Shown here piece by piece: positions 1 to 7,853 of a stretch of DNA of 64,000 bases; position 1 is the first letter of the stretch; each line of letters opens with the position of its first letter. The stretch is from a bacterium. Its GTDB lineage: Bacteria; Omnitrophota; Gorgyraeia; Zapsychrales; Zapsychraceae. The notes beneath the pieces are model-generated. The model was not told the DNA's origin and made no database searches. It worked only from the letters and a program-made list of their open reading frames with translations. The stretch is from positions 130,239-194,238 of the forward strand of contig JAUIER010000002.1 of NCBI GenBank assembly GCA_030429765.1, written 5' to 3'. The translations under genes and the position numbers were made by a program.

Positions 1-257
1 TGCCCGGACAGCTTGAGATGGCCGTCGTCATCCCGTCGTTGTGAACACAAATTGAGCATCTGCTTTTGAACAACATCGCTGGTCTGCCCCATGGAACGGG
101 CAAACAGCTCAGTATCCTCAAAGATAGGCGTACGAATTTCAAGATAATTGTAGGTGTGAAGGACATCACGCAGGATATCTTCAATGGCCTGCCATTTGGC
201 AATGTCCATGGCACTGATATCCTGACATCCTCTCGGGACGGTGAATTTTTGAGACAT
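1..257 (-). CDS. hisS: Histidine--tRNA ligase, N-terminal fragment (gene runs off the window; a HisZ paralog is not excluded)
   Basis: Manual minus-strand translation from ATG at 255-257: MSQKFTVPRGCQDI..DIAKWQAIEDILRDVLHTYNYLEIRTPIFEDTELFARSMGQTSDVVQKQM. This matches the HisS N-terminus (E. coli ..IRGMNDYLPGE..WQ..E..LK.VL..YGY.EIR.PI.E.T.LF.R..GE.TDVV.KEM). The + strand ORF 66..275 is its shadow. Confidence 0.6.
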   Translation of the reverse strand, partial: MSQKFTVPRGCQDISAMDIAKWQAIEDILRDVLHTYNYLEIRTPIFEDTELFARSMGQTSDVVQKQMLNLCSQRRDDDGHLKLSG

Positions 258-389
258 ATGAACCGCTATAAATGATCTAACCCCGTCCTCCCAGGAAACA
301 TGGGCTGGCGGGGCATTGACCTCAAATTTATAAATCTATATATTTGTTGGATTTAAGACAAATTACACAAGATAAACGTGAGCAAAACT

Positions 390-662
390 TTATTTAATTT
401 TTTGCTTCATCTCTAGACCGGGCTTAAAGATGACCACTTTTCGAGGAGGAACAGGGACACTTTCACCAGTACGGGGATTACGTCCAAATCTCGCGCGTCG
501 CTCTTTGATCTTAAAAACACCGAAGTTTCTAAGCTCGACCTTTTCATTCCTCACAAGACTGTCAACAATCACATCAAACGTTTTCTGCACGATCTTCTTA
601 ACATCCACCTGCTTGATCCCGGTCATATCTGTGATTTTAAGAACTATGTCTTTCTTTGTCAT
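390..662 (-). CDS. hup: HU/IHF-family nucleoid-associated DNA-binding protein
   Basis: 90 aa; MTKKDIV..I....G..K.DV..IV...FD.I...L..NEKVEL..FG.F..KER.AR.GRNP.TGE...VP.R.V..FKPG matches the bacterial HU/IHF fold signature (R-N-P-x-T-G arm). GGAGG RBS 9 nt upstream. Confidence 0.9.
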   Translation of the reverse strand: MTKKDIVLKITDMTGIKQVDVKKIVQKTFDVIVDSLVRNEKVELRNFGVFKIKERRARFGRNPRTGESVPVPPRKVVIFKPGLEMKQKIK

Positions 663-892
663 TGAATCTACCTCCTGTTCTACTGTCGCCCGATGGGTTC
701 ATGAGGCTTTCGTAGGAATTGATCTAACTCAATATGAGCATCAGAATAGATCCGAAAGGACTGAATGTGAATCCAGTGAAGTGGATCTAACGCAAGTATA
801 GTAACAACAAGACCTTATGGTGTCAAGAAATTATTTTTACGGCGCCGGCGTCGGCCGCCAATCCCCGTATATCCACCTAGATTGACCGATTA

Positions 893-3800
893 TCAGAATT
901 TCAGCGCACAGCGCTCATGCCCCACCAGGTTCTTGATCTCATTCATCAAATCTTCGTTGGGCGCAACAAATAGATCTTCGCCCACCAGGATCTCGACGCT
1001 TTTATTCGCCTGTGTGGCCATCCGCAGATAGACCGGAACCCGTCCGGGTGACGTGGAGAGTTTACGCTTGAGATGCTCAATCCCTTTATCGCCCAGCGTC
1101 GAAAGATCTAAGTTGATTGATTTGATTGATTTATAGACATCCTGGATATGGCCCATGTCGCTGGCGATGACCTTGACTTCATCATCGCGATAGGTGGCCT
1201 TGCCTTTTAAATATACCACCTCGCCATCGCGTAGATAATGAGCTAATTCCTGATACGCGGATGGAAAGACCACAACCTCAACCTCGCCTTCGGTGTCTTC
1301 CAGACGAACAATGGCCATCCGTTCGTTGGTTTTGCGGGTATTGGTCAACTTGACTTTATTGATCAGTCCGACCAGCCGAACCTCTTCCCCATCCAACGCC
1401 TTTCGCAAATATTTGGTCGAAAATTCTGTAAACTGTTTGATTTCAGTGTGATAATGGGCCAACGGATGCCCGCTGACATAAAAGCCCAAGGCCTCTTTCT
1501 CATACGATAAAATCTGAGTCTGCGGCCATTCCATGATATCCGGTAACTCTTCCGACTTCTTATCAAATCCTCCCCCGGAATCGCCCATATCAAAGAATGA
1601 AAATTGTCCCGAGGCCTTTTCTTTTTGCGACTTGGCCCCCAACGCGAGCGTTCGTTCAAGTCCCGCCATCATCTGTGAACGATGAGCTGGAAAATCACTG
1701 AGTGAACCGCTCTTGATCAGATTCTCTAACACCTTTCGATTGGCCAGACGCAAATCAATACGCTCACACAAATCTGTCAACGACTGATAGGATCCACCGG
1801 CTTGGCGTTGCTCGATAATTGAATCAATCGCCGAGGAGCCGACATTCTTAATCGCCAGCAAGCCGTAACGAATCGTATGTTCATCCACAACACTAAACTT
1901 CTTGCGGCTGTCATTGATGTTCGGCGGCTGAATCTTGATACCCATCAACTCACATTCCTTGATATACTCAACCAGTTTTTCAGTGTTATTCATTTCACTG
2001 TTGAGAATAGCGCACATAAACTCGACTGGATAGTTCGCCTTAAGATACGCCGTACGGTAGGTGATCAGCGCGTAGGCCGCCGAATGGCTTCGGTTAAAAC
2101 CATAACCCGAGAAGTAATCGATCAGATCAAAGAGCTTGTTGGCCTTCTCGTTGCTGATCTGACTGGTCTTCTCACAGCCCTCCACAAAATCTTTACGCAT
2201 CTGATCCATCACCGATTGAATCTTCTTACTCATCGCTCGCCGCAAATGATCGGCATGAACCAGTGAGAACCCGGCCAAGGCGACCGGAATCTGCATAACC
2301 TGCTCCTGATAGACGATAATTCCGTAGGTGGCCTTCAGAATCGGCTCGAGCTTGGGGTGATCATATTCAATCTCTACTTCGCCGCGCTTACGTTTGATAA
2401 AATCGTCCAACATCCCGCTTCCCATCGGACCCGGTCGGTACAGAGCCAAAATCGAGATCAGATCCTCAAACTCCGACGGTTCAATCTTCTTGAGAAGCTC
2501 CCGCATCCCGCCACTTTCCAGCTGGAACACACCAAAACTCTGCGCCTTGGTCAACAGCTCATAGGTCCGGGTATCGTCGAGAGCGACATCGTCCATATTC
2601 AGATCAAGATCATATCGATCCTTGATCATCTTGAGTGCGTCATCAATCACCGTCAACGTTCTTAGACCCAAAAAATCCATCTTCAAAAGACCAATGTTGG
2701 CGATGCTCGACATCGAATATGCTGTTGTGATCTGGTCGTCACTGGTCTTAAACAGCGGAACATATTCCTGCAAAGGTTTGTCTGAGATAACAACGCCGGC
2801 CGCGTGGATCGACGCGTGCCGGGTGAGCCCCTCCAGCACCTGGGCCATGTGATAAATATCCCGCGATTGTTTATCCGTCTCGCAAAGCTGCTCGAGCTGC
2901 GGCTCTTTCTCCAGAGCCTCCTTGAGACTGATCCCTAATTCGTTTGGAATCAGCTTGGCAATCTTATCCACATCCCCATACGAAGCCCCCATCGCCCGTC
3001 CGACATCGCGGATCGCCGCCCGCGCCTGCATCGTTCCGAAGGTAATAATCTGCGCCACGTTGGACTTCCCGTACTTTTCCGTGACATAATCGATAACCTC
3101 CGACCGACGCTCATAACAGAAATCAATGTCAATATCCGGCATCCCGCTCCGATCCGGATTCAAAAAACGCTCAAACAGCAAACCGTATTTTAATGGATCG
3201 AGATCCGTAATCCCCAACAGATAACTGACAAGACTTCCCGCGGCCGAACCGCGACCCGGACCGACGGGAATATTGGTTTGCTTGGCATAGTTAATGAAAT
3301 CCCACACAATCAGGAAGTACGCGACAAATCCCATCTTGTCGATGATGCCGATCTCATGTTTTAATCGATCCTCGATCTCAGGCGTCACCTCATCAAACCG
3401 GTGTTCCAATCCCTGCCGGCATAAATCAATCAGATATTCTTTCTGCGTCTTGCCTTGAGGCGGATCAAAACGCGGCAGGTAGTACTCGTCAAAATTCAAT
3501 TCCAGATTACATTTCTCAGCAATCTCCAAGGTATTTTGTATCGCCTCGGGAACCTCGGCAAACAGACTGCGCATGCTCAAGGCATCTTTAAAATAAAATT
3601 CTCCCGTCGACAGCCGCATTCGGTTCGGATCGTCCAGTGTGGTTTGTGTCTGAATACATAACAAGGCATCGTGCGCGGCCGCCTGATCCGGCTCTAAATA
3701 GTGAACATCATTGGTGGCCACCAGCGGAATGTTTAATTCTTTGGAAATCTTGATCAAATCTCGATTTACCTGATTCTGATGACTGATCCCGTGATCCATT

Positions 3801-4330
3801 AATTCGAGATAATAATTGCCTTTGCCGAACAAATTTTGAAAGTCATCCGCCGTCTTCAGCGCTTCATTGAAGTTTCCCTGCATCAAGCTCCAGGCCACCT
3901 CCCCTTTCAGGCAAGCGGAGCAGCAGATCAATCCTTCGGTATGCTGAGCCAGAAGCTCCTTATCTATACGCGGATGATAGTAGAATCCCTCCAGATATCC
4001 CGCCGAGACAAGCTTCAGTAGGTTCCGGTATCCCTTCTCATCTTTGGCAAGCAACAATAAATGTGACGTTGATTTATTCGCCGGCGTCTTCTCATGACGG
4101 GATCCATTGACCGTCACATAGGCCTCGACGCCGATAATAGGTTTGATATTGGCTTGTTTGGCGGCTTGATAAAACTCGATGGCCCCGAACATATTTCCAT
4201 GATCGGTCATCGCAACGGCAGGCATTTGATTTTGAACCGCTTTGTTGATCAGCGGCTTGATGCGGCAGGCCCCGTCCAGCAGGCTGTACTGGGTGTGAAC
4301 GTGTAGATGGACAAAATTCGTGTCGCTCAT
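893..4330 (-). CDS. dnaE: DNA polymerase III alpha subunit
   Basis: 1145 aa; N-terminal PHP domain (FVHLHVHTQYSLLDG), polymerase core and OB fold. TATAAT sits only 6 nt upstream of the ATG. Confidence 0.95.
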   Translation of the reverse strand: MSDTNFVHLHVHTQYSLLDGACRIKPLINKAVQNQMPAVAMTDHGNMFGAIEFYQAAKQANIKPIIGVEAYVTVNGSRHEKTPANKSTSHLLLLAKDEKGYRNLLKLVSAGYLEGFYYHPRIDKELLAQHTEGLICCSACLKGEVAWSLMQGNFNEALKTADDFQNLFGKGNYYLELMDHGISHQNQVNRDLIKISKELNIPLVATNDVHYLEPDQAAAHDALLCIQTQTTLDDPNRMRLSTGEFYFKDALSMRSLFAEVPEAIQNTLEIAEKCNLELNFDEYYLPRFDPPQGKTQKEYLIDLCRQGLEHRFDEVTPEIEDRLKHEIGIIDKMGFVAYFLIVWDFINYAKQTNIPVGPGRGSAAGSLVSYLLGITDLDPLKYGLLFERFLNPDRSGMPDIDIDFCYERRSEVIDYVTEKYGKSNVAQIITFGTMQARAAIRDVGRAMGASYGDVDKIAKLIPNELGISLKEALEKEPQLEQLCETDKQSRDIYHMAQVLEGLTRHASIHAAGVVISDKPLQEYVPLFKTSDDQITTAYSMSSIANIGLLKMDFLGLRTLTVIDDALKMIKDRYDLDLNMDDVALDDTRTYELLTKAQSFGVFQLESGGMRELLKKIEPSEFEDLISILALYRPGPMGSGMLDDFIKRKRGEVEIEYDHPKLEPILKATYGIIVYQEQVMQIPVALAGFSLVHADHLRRAMSKKIQSVMDQMRKDFVEGCEKTSQISNEKANKLFDLIDYFSGYGFNRSHSAAYALITYRTAYLKANYPVEFMCAILNSEMNNTEKLVEYIKECELMGIKIQPPNINDSRKKFSVVDEHTIRYGLLAIKNVGSSAIDSIIEQRQAGGSYQSLTDLCERIDLRLANRKVLENLIKSGSLSDFPAHRSQMMAGLERTLALGAKSQKEKASGQFSFFDMGDSGGGFDKKSEELPDIMEWPQTQILSYEKEALGFYVSGHPLAHYHTEIKQFTEFSTKYLRKALDGEEVRLVGLINKVKLTNTRKTNERMAIVRLEDTEGEVEVVVFPSAYQELAHYLRDGEVVYLKGKATYRDDEVKVIASDMGHIQDVYKSIKSINLDLSTLGDKGIEHLKRKLSTSPGRVPVYLRMATQANKSVEILVGEDLFVAPNEDLMNEIKNLVGHERCALKF

Positions 4331-4426
4331 ATGCGCATTATAACAAAAAAGTCACATGCAGACAAACCTCAGAAATATCGACCTGACTTCGCAGGACTTT
4401 CCGAACTTCATTTACATGTGACTTTA
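4331..4426 (-). promoter_or_regulatory. guaA terminator-like 11-bp inverted repeat followed by U-tract, fused to a dnaE -10 element (TATAAT at 4337..4342, 6 nt from the dnaE ATG; leaderless-type promoter)
   Basis: Minus strand reads AAAGTCACATG-(56 nt)-CATGTGACTTTTTTGTTATAATgcgcatATG. Perfect IR 4348..4358 / 4415..4425. A candidate -35 TTGTCT lies 17 nt upstream of the TATAAT. Confidence 0.4.
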
Positions 4427-4429
4427 AAT

Positions 4430-6235
4430 TTATTCCCACTCAATTGTGGCCGGCGGCTTGGAACTTATATCATAAACCACGCGGTTGACACCATGAACTT
4501 CATTGATGACACGGTTGGAAATCTTTCCTAAGACTTCGTATGGAATCTGCGCCCAGTCCGCGGTCATGCCATCGGTACTGGTCACGGCACGAACGGCGAT
4601 CACGTTCTCATACGTCCGCTGATCACCCATCACACCGACGGTCTTGATCGGCAATAACACGCCAAAGGCCTGCCATATCTCATTGTACAGACCCGCTTTT
4701 TTGATCTCGTCGAGGATTCGATCATCGGCCTCACGCAGCATATCCAATCGCTCTTGGGTTACATCACCAAGAATACGAATCGCGAGCCCCGGCCCCGGGA
4801 ATGGCTGACGCTTGAGAATTGATTCCGGTAAGCCCAGATGTTTTCCGATCTCACGGACCTCATCCTTGAAAAGCTCACGGAACGGCTCAATAAGCTCATA
4901 CTTCATCTTCTTGGGCAACCCGCCGACATTGTGATGACTCTTGATAACCGCAGACGGTCCGCCGGTCGGTGAATGTGACTCGATGACATCCGGATACAAT
5001 GTCCCTTGAGCCAAGAACCCGATATTGGTGACACGTTTGGATTTATCCATGAATACCTTCACAAACTCATCCCCGATAATCATCCGTTTTTCCTCCGGAT
5101 CTTCCACACCTTTCAGACGATCCAGGAATCGGCTCTCGGCCTTGGCCAGACTCAGGTTGATATTGAAATTATTTTTGAAATTCCGCTGAACCTTCGACGC
5201 CTCATTCTTTCGCAATAAGCCGTTATCGACAAAAACACAGTACAACTTCTTGCCGATCGCTTTGTTGATCAAAACGGCTGCAACCGATGAATCCACACCG
5301 CCACTCAGCCCCAGAATCACCTTCTTATTACCGACTTGCTCTTTGATTTTCTTGACAGTGCTGTTGATGTACTTATCCATCGTCCAGCGCGGCAGACAAC
5401 CGCAGATCTGGAATATAAAGTTGAGCAGCAACTGGGTTCCGCGCTGCGTATGGACGACCTCCGGATGAAACTGAACCCCAAAAATCTTTTTCTTACGGTT
5501 GGCGACGGCCGCCATTGATGCATTAAGGGTATGCGCTAATTTGACAAATCCGGTCGGCAGCTTCTTGATTTCGTCGCTATGACTCATCCAGCAGGTTAAA
5601 TTGGACGGCAAATTGGAGAACAAGTCTTTATTGCTGTCCACAAACAATTCAGCCCGACCAAACTCGCGCTCCGTCGACGCCTGCACCTTTCCGCCAAATT
5701 GATGAATGATCGCCTGCATACCGTAGCAAATTCCCAAGACAGGGATATCCAGTTTGAAAATTTCCGGATCCGGCATTGGCGCATTTTCATCATAAACACT
5801 CAATGGCCCGCCCGAGAGAATAATCCCTTTGGGCTTGAGCTCTTTAACCTCTTCCGGCGTAATATTGTATGGGACAATCTTACTAAAGACTTTATTTTCA
5901 CGAATTCGGCGTGCGATTAACTGGGTGTATTGAGATCCAAAATCCAGGACAATAACCACATCCTTGCTTTTGATCTTTCGGACTTTAATCGACGCGGCGA
6001 TTCGGCTGCGAACCTTTTTGAGCTTGGGAACCCTTCCCATCCTTTTCTTTTTGGACTTCTGTTTGAGACGCTCCTGCAGACTCAATTTGGGTTTATCGGC
6101 CTTGGCCGCAGACTTCTTCTTAGCTGTTTTTTTCGTCGCCTTTTTAGCCGTCTTTTTTACCGCCTTGGTCGCCTTCTTCACGGCCTTTTTCTTAGCTACC
6201 GTCTTTTTCTTCGTCGTCTTTTTTTTAGTTGGCAT
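4430..6235 (-). CDS. guaA: GMP synthase (glutamine-hydrolysing) with ~90-aa lysine/alanine-rich histone-H1-like N-terminal extension
   Basis: GATase domain ([21 protein letters not shown]), ATP-PPase P-loop (SGGVDSSV), C-terminal dimerisation domain ending IEWE. N-terminus [28 protein letters not shown]... is in frame. The alternative start at M66 (6040) has a weaker RBS. Confidence 0.9.
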   Translation of the reverse strand: MPTKKKTTKKKTVAKKKAVKKATKAVKKTAKKATKKTAKKKSAAKADKPKLSLQERLKQKSKKKRMGRVPKLKKVRSRIAASIKVRKIKSKDVVIVLDFGSQYTQLIARRIRENKVFSKIVPYNITPEEVKELKPKGIILSGGPLSVYDENAPMPDPEIFKLDIPVLGICYGMQAIIHQFGGKVQASTEREFGRAELFVDSNKDLFSNLPSNLTCWMSHSDEIKKLPTGFVKLAHTLNASMAAVANRKKKIFGVQFHPEVVHTQRGTQLLLNFIFQICGCLPRWTMDKYINSTVKKIKEQVGNKKVILGLSGGVDSSVAAVLINKAIGKKLYCVFVDNGLLRKNEASKVQRNFKNNFNINLSLAKAESRFLDRLKGVEDPEEKRMIIGDEFVKVFMDKSKRVTNIGFLAQGTLYPDVIESHSPTGGPSAVIKSHHNVGGLPKKMKYELIEPFRELFKDEVREIGKHLGLPESILKRQPFPGPGLAIRILGDVTQERLDMLREADDRILDEIKKAGLYNEIWQAFGVLLPIKTVGVMGDQRTYENVIAVRAVTSTDGMTADWAQIPYEVLGKISNRVINEVHGVNRVVYDISSKPPATIEWE

Positions 6236-6272
6236 ATAAAAACCTTGATTTCCTGTATTGACCCTACTACCC

Positions 6273-7433
6273 CTATTTACCCATTCCTACACCTTGACCA
6301 ACCTGAAATACCTTGCCTTCGGTCTGGATCGACGGAGCAATAATGATTTCAACGTCATGCATTTCCTTGATGTTTGACGCTCCCAATGATCCCATCGACG
6401 TCTTTAACGCACCCACCAAGTTCTGTGATCCGTCATCAACATTGGCCGGTCCAAATAGAATCTCTTTGAGTGTTCCGGTGGTTCCAACCCGGATTCGGGT
6501 TCCGCGCGGCAGATTCGCGTGAGATGTGGCCATCCCCCAGTGGTATCCACGACCCGGTGCTTCCTTGGTCCTGGCAAAGGCTGACCCCACCATACAGGCA
6601 TCAGCCCCGGCGGCAAAGGCCTTGCAAATCTCGCCACCAATACGCATTCCCCCGTCGGTGATAATGGGGACATACTTTCCGGTCCGCTTGTAATGATGAT
6701 CACGGGCGGCCGCACAATCAACCGTTGAGGTGATTTGAGGAACTCCGATACCCAGCACTCCACGCGTGGTACAAGCGGCTCCTGGTCCTATCCCGACTAG
6801 CAGTCCCGAGGCCCCTGCATTGATCAGCTCCACCGCCATTTCATAGGTAACACAGTTACCCACCACGATCGGCATTTTCGAGGATTTTAATAACTTTTCC
6901 AAATCAACAACCTTGTACTCCTTGGCCACATGCTTGAGCGATGCAACGGTTGATTGGATTACAAAAATGTCACACCCCGCTTTGCGGGCTATTTCGGAAT
7001 ATTTCTTGGCGTTCTGCGGAATGCAGCTCACAACGGCGGGAACTTTTTTAGCCTTGATCTCTTTGACTCGTTTGGCGATCAAGTCATCCTTCACCGGTTT
7101 GAGATAGACAGATTGGACCAGTTGGGTGGCTTCATCGGGAGCCGCATTAGCGATTTGGTCCAGCACTTCGGATGGATTTTCGTACCGCGTTTGGATTCCG
7201 TCGAGATTCAGAACTGCAATTCCTCCGGCTTTACCCATTTTGACAGAAAAATCAACATCAACAACGCCGTCCATGGCCGCGGCCAGGATGGGCACCTTAA
7301 ATTTCTTGTCACCCAAGGTCCAGCTGGTATCAACTTCATTGGGATTGACCGTGATCATTCCCGGCACCAGGGCAACTTCATCAAACCCGTAACATCTTCT
7401 TGCTCTTCGACCTATACCAATCCATTCGGCCAT
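6273..7433 (-). CDS. guaB: IMP dehydrogenase/GMP reductase-family protein lacking the CBS subdomain (GuaB-like, 386 aa)
   Basis: [10 protein letters not shown]-terminus and catalytic loop [13 protein letters not shown] with Cys. Only 386 aa, so the Bateman/CBS insert is absent. Lies 37 nt upstream of guaA (guaBA operon arrangement). RBS AAAGGAAGGAAC. Confidence 0.75.
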   Translation of the reverse strand: MAEWIGIGRRARRCYGFDEVALVPGMITVNPNEVDTSWTLGDKKFKVPILAAAMDGVVDVDFSVKMGKAGGIAVLNLDGIQTRYENPSEVLDQIANAAPDEATQLVQSVYLKPVKDDLIAKRVKEIKAKKVPAVVSCIPQNAKKYSEIARKAGCDIFVIQSTVASLKHVAKEYKVVDLEKLLKSSKMPIVVGNCVTYEMAVELINAGASGLLVGIGPGAACTTRGVLGIGVPQITSTVDCAAARDHHYKRTGKYVPIITDGGMRIGGEICKAFAAGADACMVGSAFARTKEAPGRGYHWGMATSHANLPRGTRIRVGTTGTLKEILFGPANVDDGSQNLVGALKTSMGSLGASNIKEMHDVEIIIAPSIQTEGKVFQVGQGVGMGK

Positions 7434-7819
7434 AATGTTCCTTCCTTTGTTAAAGAGTACACTCTTGAGCTGAAATTCGACCTTATAAAGACACCACCCC
7501 TGACTTCTTCATGGACAAATCACCGAAAAATTGAGTCATACTTTGTGAGCATGCTCCGGGGTTTTTAATATTGACGAATCGTAAATTGTTTAATTTGAAT
7601 ATGTTCCGATTTGAATCTGCACTAATACGTAAGCAACGGCAGTCTGAGGCGTGCGATTAAACTAATAATATAGTCATTTTGGGATAAAAAGTCAAGGAAG
7701 AAAAACACTAAACACAATGCGATTTACAAAATATGACAGCACAAAACACTTGAATCCAAAGACTTTATAAACTATTTCCTCTCTGGTTGACGACGACATC
7801 CGTGTTTGCGAGCTGAATA

Positions 7820-7853
7820 GATCAGCTTAGCCCCTGACGAGGCTAAGCTGATC
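7820..7853 (-). repeat. Perfect 13-bp stem hairpin (GATCAGCTTAGCC / GGCTAAGCTGATC, 8-nt loop) straddling the stop codon of the giant ORF
   Basis: Read directly: 7820-7832 and 7841-7853 are exact reverse complements. The TAA stop at 7827-7829 lies inside the 5' arm. No U-tract follows on the minus strand. Confidence 0.6.

Noticed and set aside
66-275. 69-aa plus-strand ORF at the window start
   Set aside because: It is the antisense shadow of the hisS N-terminus, which gives an excellent HisS match on the minus strand. No RBS and no family resemblance.
284-317. CCCCG…CGGGG hairpin after the HU stop as a possible terminator
   Set aside because: 23-nt loop, only a 5-bp stem and no clear U-tract. 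Too weak to call.
430-801. 123-aa plus-strand ORF overlapping the HU gene
   Set aside because: Antisense to a clearly conserved HU gene. Low-complexity S/T/L-rich translation.
841-860. GC-rich palindromic stretch (ggcgccggcgtcggccgcc) downstream of dnaE, considered as a terminator
   Set aside because: Imperfect pairing and no U-tract on the minus strand after it, so not called.
6954-7568. 204-aa plus-strand ORF and several 60-190-aa ORFs inside the giant gene (e.g. 17295..17864)
   Set aside because: Antisense to well-supported coding regions. No motifs.
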